Part shown: positions 51,268 to 63,111 of the stretch, in pieces
How positions within the stretch are numbered: position 1 is the stretch's first letter
Layout: each line of letters opens with the position of its first letter
Source of the DNA: Neoconidiobolus thromboides FSU 785
Lineage: Eukaryota > Fungi > Entomophthoromycota
Length of the DNA stretch: 64,000 nucleotides
NCBI GenBank assembly: GCA_025603075.1
Contig: MU626284.1
Location: 1 to 64,000 of the forward strand
Direction: 5' to 3'
Translations under genes and position numbers: made by a program
Notes under the pieces: generated by a model
What the model was told of the DNA's origin: nothing
Database searches by the model: none
What the model saw: only the letters and a program-made list of their open reading frames with translations

Positions 51268-52097
51268 ATGGGTTCTCGTGGTGGATTTAAAAGAAGTTTT
51301 GGTGGACGTGATAACTACAACGAACCACCTTCTGAGGTTATAGGTAAACCTCAAAAATTTCGACTTTAAAGCATGAGTACTAAACATAAATGTATAGAAA
51401 TGGGTTATTTCATCCATGCAACTGCTGGAGATATAGTATGTAAATCAACAAATGCTAAGATCCCTTATTTCAATGCTCCAATTTATTTACAAAATAAAAG
51501 ACCGATTGGTAAAGTAGATGAAATCCTTGGTCCTCTTAACGAAGTGGTAGGGTTTTATTGAAAATAACTTTGTGGTATTATATTAATATGAAATTTTTTA
51601 TTAGTATTTCACTATCAAACCATCCGAAGGTGTACTTGCTACCTCTTATAAAAAAGACGATAAATTTTATATCGCTGCTGAAAAACTTTTACCAATTGAA
51701 CGTTTCTTACCTAAACCTGCTGCTGATAAAGGTTTGTTATTATTCTTTTTTATTTTGATAACTATTTAACTTTTTCATTAGCTTCTAAACCTAAAGGTAG
51801 GATTGAATTGTTTTAAAAAATAGCACAATTTAACTTTTTATAGGTCCAAAAGGAGCTCGTGGTGGAGGCCGTGGAGGATTTGGTGGTGGTAGAGGAGGAG
51901 GCCGTGGTGGAGGCCGTGGAGGATTTGGAGGGGGTAGAGGTGGAGGCCGTGGTGGAAGCTTTGGTGGAGGTCGCGGAGGAGGTTTCGGTGGAGGTCGCGG
52001 AGGAGGCCGTGGAGGATTTGGTGGAGGTAGAGGAGGAGGAGGCGGTGGCCGTGGAGGTTTCGGTGGGGGCCGTGGTGGAGGCCGTGGACGTTTTTAA
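51268..52097 (+). CDS. GAR1: H/ACA snoRNP subunit GAR1 (multi-exon, RGG-rich tail)
   Basis: [69 protein letters not shown], long GGRGG repeats. Confidence 0.95.
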
Positions 52098-53139
52098 GAG
52101 AATATTAGTTAAGACATAGATATCATATTACTGCTAACTTGTGCAATTATTTCTTATAAGAAGTTTTTGATTCGGTATATCTAAAATATTGAAAAAAAAT
52201 TTATTTTATAATGTTATATAAATTATATTTTAAATCATTAGTTTATTTTATTGTATTACACAAATTACGATTTGAATTATAATTTTTTGTTTTTACTTAG
52301 TCTATTTTATAGCTTTGTCTAATTATTTTTTATATTAAACTGAGCTAACATTTTTAAAGTATATCAAGTCTTTTGCAATGTTATATCCCATGTAAGGTTT
52401 GCTCAGATATTAATAATTTTAGGTCTAAGTTAAATATCCGAGAAATTTATGTATACAATGTTAAGCAGTACTTTGAATACTAATTATTCTTTTGAGATCT
52501 GCAGAATAAATTTTCATGCTGCAAGGCAAATATACTACCTCGTTTTATACTTTTAATTTTATCACATCAACTAAAAACTTTAGCACTATAACATTTCTTT
52601 ATCTCACTCATCCATTACGGAAATAAGTATTATGTAATTATTATTTAGTCGTTTATCAAAAGGGCAATATTATATGAGAAATTATACAGGTTAGTCTTAA
52701 AAGGTATATATTTTGTTAAAAAATTAAATTTGTTTTTATTGTCAGCATTCTCAAATGTATATAAAATAATTAAAATAATTAAAAAACATTGAAAGAGCTA
52801 GATACTCATTGTGATGAATCATTTTTAAATACTATTAAAAAACCTAAATTGAATTAAGAATACTATCTGCTATAAATATTTGGATATTTGTTAGTGTTGG
52901 AATAACCCTTAGCACTCATTTGTAATTTCATTTGTTATCATAACTACAATACTCATTAAAAGTGAATGTCAAATATTCAAAACAAACTATAGTCCATTAT
53001 AATTCCACAAAAAATTACCTAAAACAGGTTAATCCATAAGCATATAGTATACAATTTAATCAAGATAATCTGTATAACAAAGGGCACTTCCTCTCAATTG
53101 ATTCGTTTTTTGGTTAATATTTATTACTTATAACTTATT

Positions 53140-53703
53140 TTAAGCCTTGATGGCGTACTTACGAGCAGGGAAGTGACGTTCACGTTTAGTTTGCTTAACG
53201 GTTTTACGGCTAAGTTCTTCCTTGGTAAGTTGACGACGGATAGCACGAGTCTTCTTGGCACGGAGATCAAGAGGAAGGTGCTTTTTTCCGCTGTAAAGCT
53301 CACGGAGGTTAGCACGAGCATTGGCAGTCATGACAGTTAATACACGAGCAATGGATTTACGTACTTGAGTGCTAATTTAATATTAGTTTTTTCTCACAAA
53401 ATATTTATACTGGTATAATTACATGTGGGAAAGTTGGCTTGATTGTGGGTTGACAACTTGTTGTACACGAAGTTTGGAAAGCTCTTGCTTAAGCTCATTT
53501 AATTGTTGAGTAAGCTCGGCTTTGGATTTTTCACGGAGTTCGTAAGCTTTAACCTTATCAGAATAGGATTAGTTTATTTGTATTTACTTCATGTTTCTAT
53601 ATTTTTTTATTGTAAAAAAAGCTTGTTTCCGAATTTTTTGCATTTAAAGTGTGAGCTCGTCTATTCAAGTGTTAAAAATGAATAAAAACAAAGGTATTAC
53701 CAT
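53140..53703 (-). CDS. RPL35: 60S ribosomal protein L35 (uL29; the first exon is the ATG only)
   Basis: [33 protein letters not shown]...[24 protein letters not shown]...[17 protein letters not shown]. Confidence 0.96.
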
Positions 53704-55024
53704 TTTTAATAGACAAATCAAATACTTTATTATCGTCCAAAAGGAGTGAAAGAGAAAGGAGTATATTCACTACTTTTGATAAAATTTTACGCTCCCCATG
53801 TCTGAACAAAATTTAAAAATTTTCTCAACTTTTAAACCAATTAAATTGCATTGTTTTTTTGGATTTAAATTTTTGGAATAGGATTGTTAGTGAAAATGGT
53901 TTTTTAAACACATTTATCGGTTCAAAAATTTGCAACGAAAATTGAAGCCTATTTAAAAATTTTGCATTTATCAAGCAGTCAGATTTAAGAGCTACAGGAC
54001 TACTATTAAATAATGACTTTAACTCATTGACTAAAGTTTAGTCGAAGAATACTTTGGTTTTATAATTATTTGTTTGTTAGTACTCCTCATAAACAAGGAT
54101 AAGAATCCTAAATTTTATTATTATATCTTAGTTAAAAATAATAATCTAACAAAAATTTAAGTTTATAATAAAAAATCTCTTAATTATAACATTAATTTTA
54201 ATTTTAATGATAATTTTGAAATTTAATTTAATCTCAATTATAGTATTAATAAATACCAACCTTACTATTTAATTAAGATGTACTTTACATTATTTATCAT
54301 GTACTTTTTATCACAAATCTTTCAAATAGCCTACAAAAGCAACTAATCCATCAGATGTCATTGTAATTTTCATAGCATATTTTATAGGTAATTGAACATT
54401 TTCAATCCTTTCAAAAAAAATTAACAGTCAACTAATAATGAAGTAACTTTTTTAACATTTTAAAATAAATAAAAAATCACATGGATATAATATTATTATT
54501 AAGAAATATCAAACATCAAATTAATTTTAATTGGTTTGGGTATATAAGGAATAATCTACGTTAATACATTATATTTCTAAATATATTAGGTTAACATCAA
54601 CCCTTTAGTTTTTCTTAATGCATCAATGCCTTGGATGCCTTGCTTGATGTTTAACTTAATATTAGCAGCGAATATAATCTTTTAATACGTATATGACTGA
54701 AATGAAAGGATGTATTAGAATATTGATATAATAAAACAATAGATTACTTGATTTAAACAGGAGCAAGATTTAGATACGACTATTGCATTTATCAATTAGT
54801 TTTTTATATAACATTAAATAAAATCCTTTTTTATAGAATTAAAACTGCCTTAGCAAAAACGATGTTCTTAGAAATTAGCTAGATTTCCTACAAACAAACA
54901 AGTTAATAAATCAAAAGTCATATCTCATCTGCCTGTTCCATTTATCTTATGTGGTTTTGCTTTTTATTAAACTACTTGAAGCTTCGCCCTTTCAAGAATT
55001 CAAAAAATCAAAGTTCAATAAATA

Positions 55025-55112
55025 AGGGTTTTTTGGTTTCATCACTTTTTCCATTTTTTAAACCCCATTTGAATAGAAAAATTACTAGCAAAGTTTAAAA
55101 TAATACATCCCC
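55025..55112 (-). mobile_element. MITE family copy (degenerate)
   Basis: AGGGTTTTTTGGTTTCATCACTTTTTCC...AATACATCCCC. Confidence 0.75.
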
Positions 55113-55345
55113 AGATATATATTACCAAATTTGGTATTATAAGATTCGAGATAATACTTTTTAAAATAATGAATGTTTTAAAAGCATTTATAAAGCAACC
55201 TCATTAGCTATATATAACTATATTTTACTTAATCAGGTTAACAATAATACTCATTTTATAGAAAATGCTTGAAAGCCAAAACCCAGGTGTTTATAAAATA
55301 AACAAAAGAAAGAAGATATAGAAAGGAAAATTAAGAGAAAGATAT

Positions 55346-55444
55346 GGGGATGTATTTTTGTGCTTAAGAATTTTACTAACAAATTTTCCGCTTGAATAGC
55401 GCTTAAAAAATGGAAAAAATAATGAAGTCAAAAAAAACACTCCC
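55346..55444 (+). mobile_element. MITE family copy
   Basis: ATAT-GGGGATGTATTTTT...AAAAAAAACACTCCC-ATAT. Confidence 0.88.
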
Positions 55445-55548
55445 ATATAGTTAACGATGGTTGCAAATAGTAACATGCATAAAATTAATTGTTATGTTAA
55501 GGAATTAAGGAATTTAACAATTAAAAAAGACACATTGGTCTAGGACAA

Positions 55549-56128
55549 ATGATGAAAATAAGGAGCTACCATTATTCAATAACATATTATATAGCCTTAG
55601 TATTCTATTTTCGTATTCATTTAAATAAATTTGTCCTCGCTGTCTTTATCATTTCATGCTTTAAAGAGATAGAATCCAACTCAAAGTGGTGGTTTGAAGA
55701 TAAGAGTAACAGTCAGATTCATAGAGTCAGCCATGGTGAGTATACTAAAATAGACTGTAAGGCTGTTGGAGGCTTCGTGCAAGTTCCAAAGGATGGGAGA
55801 TTACAGTATCAGTCATCTGGATCTACGTTTAGGATAAATGCCTCTCACTATTTACAAAGATAGAAATAGTAATGGGGTATTGAATGGATATGTAATATTT
55901 AAACATAATAACGACTCCTCTTAATAGGTACGAAAAGTTGCTAATGGTTCAGCTTTGAACGTCAGAATAGCAAGAAATTTATATGACGTTATTAAAAATA
56001 CATGCTTGTCTATACAAAGTTGTATGAACTATAATAATGCAAGGATGATTGTCACTTATGAGCATCCTAACCACAATTTCAATTATACTAAATATGTAGT
56101 TTTCAGGTCAAAAAAGATAAATCACTAA
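55549..56128 (+). other. Possible small (secreted?) gene or pseudogene; structure unresolved
   Basis: Hydrophobic N-terminal ORF (55549-55863) and a downstream open frame VRKVANGSALNVRIARNLYDVIKNTC...KKINH* after an AG. No clean splice joining the two was found. Confidence 0.25.
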
Positions 56129-56619
56129 TAAAGTATCTAAAAGAAAATTAAATCCATTGTTTTGCTTTTAACTTAAAATCAACACATTATGTATTTTACC
56201 CTTTAATTTAATTACCTTTTAATTACATATGAACTACTTTAGATAGTAGTAAATCAGATTTATCATCAAGTGGAAATCTTAATCAATTATTAAAAATATT
56301 GAAGGTTTTTATCAACAGCTGTTTATTATAATCTTTGATAGACATTTTAAATCTAATTCTTTTGTTAAATTATAAATGCTTACTAAAAAGCAAGTTACTA
56401 AGATAGTATTTGTTACTCCAAAATAACAAATATAAGATGGTAAAGAAGATTATAACTATTTTTAATCATTTGTTACCGCTTTTTTAAATATACTTTTAAG
56501 TTTTATATAATATAATTAGCTGTTATTGATGCAAATAAAACGATAGAGTTTTGTTATGTTAAAATAGTATGTTTTATTTTGATACTAAAAATTAGTTTCT
56601 AAAAGTAAAGCTAAAGCCT

Positions 56620-57560
56620 CTTTTATGGGATCGTTCATTAACCCTAGTAGTAACAAATGGCCCAGCACCAACAAGCTTAATTCCTTATATACCCTTTTAA
56701 GTACAAGCTAAACCAAGTTTGCCAAGGTTTCTGATTTTATCCTTAATAAAGCCACTAAGTTCAATGAAATGTTTGGCACCAACTTCGTGCTCAATCAAGT
56801 TGACAGCGATTTTCCTACTCTCAGAAGTTTGACAGTAACTTTAACATGTGTATTCGCGAGTTCTTGATAACTGATGGTACTGAAATAATAATGGAAATAA
56901 GTCGATGGATCATTGGTTTTAATCACAGCACGTTTTCTAAAATCAAACCGGATTAATTATTAGCAAGTACACCCATTTTAGGCTATAGTAAAATCGAGAC
57001 TTAAAGAATAAATTTTGAAAATATTAACAAAGGTATGAGTATGGATAAGATTATATTTGTAAAAAATCAATACTAAGACTTATAGTGCCAGTAGTTGGTA
57101 AAAAAACGAATAAAAGTTTATTTCTGGCTCTTTTATCAGATTCGTCCTTTAGTTCTGAAAATGAAAACTTTAATGGTAGTAATCCCTTCGGAAAGAATGT
57201 GAGTGTCGGATAAACCATCCTATTTAAGTTTTTACCTCACTAAGAATACATTCAGTTTTTAAACTCTTATAGGGGCTGATAGTTGATTCAATACCATTTG
57301 GAGTGGTGATTTTAATTATAAGCTTAGGTTGATCGTATTTGGTGGTCACTATAGAGGAAGGCTTTGACAACTTTTAAGAAGTTAGAGAAAGTAACTAGGG
57401 CTATTTGGTTAAATGTCGCTTATAATGTAAAGAAAATTAAATGGGTGTTTTGGAATTATTCTAAATGGCAAAACCAATAGAAAAAACTGAATAGACTTTA
57501 GTATATTCAAAAATAACGTAAAGAGCCCCATGCGCTATAGTATTATGTAACAAAAAACAA
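56620..57560 (-). pseudogene. Decayed coding-like relic (TE or gene), family not recognised
   Basis: GC higher than the flanks; protein-like frames (RKRAVIKTNDPSTYFHYYF..., KIAVNLIEHEVGAKHFIELSGFIKDKIRNLGKLGL...) broken by stops and frameshifts. Confidence 0.3.
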
Positions 57561-59143
57561 TATATATTGGCGTATCTTACCAGTTATTAAACTGGTTGTA
57601 ATTTTCAGCTCATATTTCTGATATTAAATAAACATCCGAAAAGAAAAGAAAATTTATAATATAATCTCATAGAATTTATAGTATTTCGACATTTTTATTT
57701 ATGATTTAATGATTTTGGTGATTGATAGAGATATCTATTTAATTAATTTTTTGACTCTAATGAGGATTTCTTTAATAAATTCCCTTATATTACCTCTTGC
57801 TTCTTAAAATTATTCCTTTTATTGTAATATTTAATGAGCTAGTGGATTTAAACATAGATACAAGCTTAATGTTAAACTTTATATTACCTATCTTAGGATC
57901 AAATGAAGAATGCTTTCTAGAACTGTTATCTTTTTTAGACAGCAATAGCCTATGATTTTACTATGTTTCATCCAAGACAATAGTAAAATTTCCTAGCTTA
58001 TAGTATTTTATAAACCTTTCGTATAAGAAGCAAGCTCACTGAATCTTATGATCGTCTTATCAATCCAAAGACTCTTCAAGCATCTTCCATAAAGTATTTT
58101 TATATACAAATTATTACTGCTATCATTGATGTGTACTTTTAAAATCTTGTTATAAGATTTAAATTCCATAAATATAAGCTGATAGCAGATAGTCTTTTGA
58201 AGGTGTAACTAATTATATCAATGTATGATGAAATCCTTATAATTTTCAAAAATCGTAGATTTTAATGCACTGCTACATTTTCTATAGGTTTTTTTAACTT
58301 AAAATAACATAAAGATTATATCACTAAATCAAAACATAAATCCAATATTTCAACCTTAGCTTCAAATCTACATAATATTTAATCATGTTTCCTTTGCCAT
58401 CTAACTCATGCTCTATTTGGAGTAGCTTTTTGAACGTCACCTTTTGCAAAAGCGTGAGAAAATTGCAAAAATTTAGTCTTAGTTTATTGACAATATTTCA
58501 CAAATTTAGAATAGCTTTTTTAGAAAACCTTTTGTTTTTAGATTATTAATAAAAATTTTGAATTGTATGTTTGAAGTGGATAAAACTGTAGATCCGTTAT
58601 ATTATTATAACTAGATATGAACAATTCATTTTTTCATAAATTGGGAAAAATGGGAATCACTTAAAAAAGTAAAAACTGAAGCTAAAATTTGAACTTACTT
58701 TATTCGAAACTAAAAGATTCATTTTAAGTCCATTTTTATATTATTTTATTATAATTTGATAACGTTGCTACTTGTAATAACAGGTCAATATGGCATATAT
58801 AAATCATGAAGTGTATATTTAATAAGGGTAAGAAATAAAAACAAGCAATTTAACTTCGAGTTTATCAGTTTACAGTGGCATTGTATTTAATAAACTTTGG
58901 AATTTTCAATCTAGTCTAGAACTTCAAATTTTCTATCTTCTTTTTTGAAAAATTAAACTTAAGAAAATTATATAAAATGATTGGCCAACAATTTTTTTAA
59001 GTTTATTAAAATTGCAAGTGAGCGCTAAAGGTCAATAACGGAACTAAAATGTCATTGTTGATAAAAAGTTATAAAAATAAATAAATAAACCAAAAGAAAA
59101 CAGATTTTTCATTCTTACCATTTCTTTTTTTTAATTAGTTGAT

Positions 59144-59981
59144 ATGAAACAAAAGACATCCAAATTATTAAACTATTTTAATATATATACTCTACTGCTC
59201 TTGTTCAATTTTTGGAATTTTATAGTTTATGGAGTCATAGCCGCTGCTTCTATATTAACCATCATCGGTCAGATAGAGAACGTAATTATATTTAATGGGA
59301 TATCTTGGTAACTAATAATTAATTAATAGTAATTTTGAATTGATACTAAACTTAGAAAATTCTAGCGCATTTAGCTTATTATTACTAATCAACGAAATCT
59401 ATACCGACCCATTAATCGTCCATTACTTCCGATTCCTATCCACCTTTCGAGGGCGAGGTCTATGTTATATACTATTCTCCTTAATAATCTATCAAAAGAG
59501 CAATGAAATGAATGTCATAGCATGCTACTTTGTAGCCTCCTCTGGTTTATGTTACATAATCCTTTCTTTCATCCCTCAATTATTATCTCCTAATGACATC
59601 CGCGGCAACTGGAAAGCGTATCGTCAATATTTGGACGAATTGTATTTATCTTATTATGGTTCTAGCAATATGTCCCAAAATAGAATAAAAAATTATCAAC
59701 AAGCAAGCACAATAAGGGGCATTAATACATCCACCATAATATTGGCTAATCCTTCCTTTGATGGTCCCATTGATCGGACGTATAATCCATTGCTAAGTAA
59801 TTCTAAGCTTCGATCAAATGCTGAATTGGCTATGGAAATTAATGCAGCTTTGAACCAAGTACAGTATTCTGATTTTATTGAGGATGCTAGCTCTTTGCCT
59901 AATCCTCCACAACCTATTATGGGTTTTCCTGGACTGAATAAACACCACTCTTACCAAAGTTTGAGCTTTAACAAGGATTGA
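59144..59981 (+). CDS. COPI-associated/Tvp15-like membrane protein with an extended C-terminal tail (at least 2 exons)
   Basis: Multiple TM segments; HYFRFLSTFRGRGLCYILF fits the COPI_assoc pattern (YF.FL.S..GRG..Y). Start assigned by eye. Confidence 0.7.
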
Positions 59982-60323
59982 AATTGAGATCAAAAATCAG
60001 GATTTGATTGTAGGCTATTCATCGTTATTACTGCTGGGGGTAGTGTAAAGTGATAGTTAAAATTTGATTTAAGTTAACATATTTTACAATATGAATTTAA
60101 AGCCGATAAAGTGTGATATCAAATAATGATGTAAACTTTATTTGATATTTAATTATACAAGAAGTAAATGAGACAATCACAACAATAAAAGCAGTTAGAA
60201 TTTTTTTGCTAGTACTTTATTATCTATATACAATAGTTTCAATTATTTTTAAAATCTATTTTCCAAGGGATCATAGGCATAATACAAAGCCGCACTATTG
60301 GCATATAGTAAAAATAGCTTTAT

Positions 60324-61193
60324 TTAAATTTTATCATCCTCAAAGTCATGAACAACTTCTCCACCATCCTCCCCAACCTCATTATGAACAATACTGTTAT
60401 AAATATCGCTAGGAATAATAGGGTTATCTGCAAACACATTATCGAGATGTTGAATATATTTCCCATAGGCTTGAGGTGATCTTTTCTTGGCCTTTGCAAG
60501 AGTGTTTCTAATATGACCACCAAAACGACCATTAAAAATCCCAGAATGATGGCGGAGGAGAACTGCAAGGTATTCAGCTAATTGTGGATGACGTTCAAGA
60601 AAATGATGTTGCTGTGGTTTCTCATTCTTAGTAAGACGGGCAGCTATGTTTATATAAACACTAAATATGTTGTCAATAAAAAAAGAATTGAATTTATAAA
60701 AAGTCGAAAGCCCAAGGTCGACTATATGAACTTGCAAGTTATGAAATTGAGTTAAGGCTGTTTTAAAGATCAAATTAGTAACTGCTGGCTTAATGCCAAA
60801 TAATTTTAAGTTAAATTGGCCATTAAGGAGCTCCTCAAGTCTTTCTGGGGTAAACTTTACTGACAGCTTTAAACCAGGCAACTTTAGCCCGGCCTTCTTT
60901 TCATGGACTTTTTTTACCTCTTCCTCCTCTCCTTTCTCTTCTACTTCCTCTTCTACTTCCTCTTCTCCTAATAAATCTGAATCTTTTTTATTATTGTTTA
61001 ATATCCTTTTTGTAACTGAATTTGATTTATTTATATGGTTTTCATCAAATGAAATTCGATTCTCAGAATCTGTAAATTGAATTTGATTATTATCAACTGC
61101 ATGGTTCAAATTATTAAATGTATTAGAACTAGGAATAGATTCTGCTACAATTAAGTTTAGCAAGATAAGAGTGACAAAAGGAATAGACTTCAT
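60324..61193 (-). CDS. Secreted hypothetical protein, 289 aa, intronless
   Basis: Signal peptide MKSIPFVTLILLNLIVA, dibasic sites VTKR and AKKR, an acidic Glu run and a long open frame. Confidence 0.8.
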   Translation of the reverse strand: MKSIPFVTLILLNLIVAESIPSSNTFNNLNHAVDNNQIQFTDSENRISFDENHINKSNSVTKRILNNNKKDSDLLGEEEVEEEVEEKGEEEEVKKVHEKKAGLKLPGLKLSVKFTPERLEELLNGQFNLKLFGIKPAVTNLIFKTALTQFHNLQVHIVDLGLSTFYKFNSFFIDNIFSVYINIAARLTKNEKPQQHHFLERHPQLAEYLAVLLRHHSGIFNGRFGGHIRNTLAKAKKRSPQAYGKYIQHLDNVFADNPIIPSDIYNSIVHNEVGEDGGEVVHDFEDDKI

Positions 61194-61434
61194 AGTTTAA
61201 AATATAACAGTATAACGTAAAATAAAAATGTAAACTAAAATTTGTTCAAATTCATTGCCCTTTATTTTTTTTGATAATCATTGATTGTCACTGTTTTGAT
61301 AGTCATCTAAAATTACTCTCAATTTATTTTTTATAGAAAATGATCTAATAGGAATTTGACCATGCTAAAATTCTCGCAGTTTGAAATTGAAATTACTAGA
61401 AGATTAAGATTTTATCATTAAAGCTTTATTAAAT

Positions 61435-61530
61435 GGGGATGTTTTTCTAGCTTCATCATTTTTTCATTTTTTAAGCACTATTTGAGTGGAAAAATTGTTA
61501 CTAAAATTCTCAAATACAAAATACATCCCC
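61435..61530 (-). mobile_element. MITE family copy (96 bp) flanked by AAAT on both sides
   Basis: AAAT-GGGGATGTTTTT...AAAATACATCCCC-AAAT. Confidence 0.9.
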
Positions 61531-62628
61531 AAATTATAATAATTTTACTCAACTTTAAATCATTCTCAGTTTAAAATTAAATAGTAGCTAGTATTACATT
61601 TATAATACCCATTTTAACTTTGAAAAGGGATAATAAAATATAGTTTAAAAAACCTCAGAAATACTACGCATTTAAAGTACAACTTTGTTCATTTAATAAA
61701 TAAGAAAATAAATTGATTAATAAAAAGAATTAATAATATAAGGATGAAATCTTACTTTATTTACCTTCCAATCAGATGACCAAGTTATAAAGAACGAGTT
61801 GTCTTTAATTGAGGCATAAAAAAAATTCTATTTCAATTTTCTATTTATCGTTGATTCTAGTTAAAACTACTATTCTTATTAATTCTGTTATTACATTTAA
61901 ATTTTATTTTATTAATTTTACTAATAAAGTCTTTCCATCATAATATTTGTGATTTAACTTATAATACTAATATTTTAATAAGAGAGTTAAAACAATACTT
62001 TAAACAACTTAATAAATAAAGCTCAAACTTCAATTTTACTCTTTTGTATTACTTTAATTCAAACTATCTTATTTCTTATTTCTTATTCCTTTGGGAAAAT
62101 ATCATATAAAAATTTACCCAAAGAATAAAACTTTGACTGATTTTTTACTAAGCACATGATTTAGATACCCCTAATCAACCATCATGTTGTTGTCTTTGTC
62201 TATACTATTGAAGCCATACCATCATAGTTAAACATAAAGTATTAAGGATATACCTATCATACTAACTATCCTCTACAAAATATTTATAGTAAAATAGAAT
62301 ATATAAGCTTAACTACTTGACACTAGATAAATAAATAATAAATAAATAGTAAAAAAATACGTGCATTTTAATATAATAATTATATTTATTATAAAGACAC
62401 AATTTACAATAAACGAATGGATAGAATAGGATATAGATAAATAAAATCACCTTTTAATTAATAGTTGAAGAGACAAATAGAAAGAAGGTTATTACAAAAC
62501 ACAAGTCAAAGTTATTAATAAAATTTCAAAACGATAAGATATTTCACAATTAAAAACGGGTATGGTGCCAAGTTACCACCTTAGCGCCATCCCCTTATTA
62601 CTTATAATAAATAACAATTCACATACCC

Positions 62629-63111
62629 TTAATTGCAAATTCTCTTACCACTATTCTTAAAACTCTTTGGACGACGGTCTTTACCGATAGTTCTATTCTT
62701 AACTGAGCGAGATGGGGCAGTATTTACTTTATTAGTATTGCCATTTCTTTTATGGGTAATTTGTAAGCAATCGAAGAGTAAGGATAAAGAATCAATTGTA
62801 TAAGCGGGTTTGTTTATAACCTTGAAGCAAGTATTCAATTGAAACTTTTCAACCTCTTCTTGGTTTACAAACTCGTCAAATAAGTACTTGCGCCACTCTT
62901 TTTTTGAGCGAAATTTACTTGTCATTAGCTGTGCTCGACTCATTACCGTTTGGTCCATCATATTGTCCATTGAATTGATAACCAAGACTTTCTTACACAA
63001 ATCTTTGGAGCTGGATGCCTTGAGTTTGTTGATACTTAAATCAAAAGCGTTACTAGTTATAGGTTCAAGGTTGGTAGTTCTTGAGGTAGGATTACTTACA
63101 GAGGTCGACAT
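62629..63111 (-). CDS. Small protein (160 aa) with an N-terminal SERTA-like motif and basic C-terminus
   Basis: AFDLSINKLKASSSKDLCKKVLVINSM aligns with recalled human SERTAD1 LFDLSVLKLHHS...DLRHLVLVVNTL; intact ORF with TATAAATG start. Confidence 0.65.
   Translation of the reverse strand: MSTSVSNPTSRTTNLEPITSNAFDLSINKLKASSSKDLCKKVLVINSMDNMMDQTVMSRAQLMTSKFRSKKEWRKYLFDEFVNQEEVEKFQLNTCFKVINKPAYTIDSLSLLFDCLQITHKRNGNTNKVNTAPSRSVKNRTIGKDRRPKSFKNSGKRICN

Noticed and set aside
51859-52119. [23 protein letters not shown]...
   Set aside because: Alternative frame of the GAR1 GGRGG-repeat exon
53551-53700. Intronic snoRNA in the long RPL35 first intron
   Set aside because: CTGA is present near the 3' end but there is no box C (RTGATGA) or terminal stem
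60320-61080. Overlapping ORFs 60206-60412, 60320-60568 and 60793-61080
   Set aside because: Shadow or antisense frames of the 289-aa secreted protein gene
303-61530. Dispersed repeat considered as a CRISPR array or bacterial REP
   Set aside because: Irregular spacing, both orientations, TIRs plus target duplication, eukaryotic context and no cas genes
62558-62594. tRNA call for GGGGATGGCGCTAAGGTGGTAA...
   Set aside because: Resembles a tRNA 5' start but has no anticodon or T arm (no TTC/B-box); kept only as a hairpin finding
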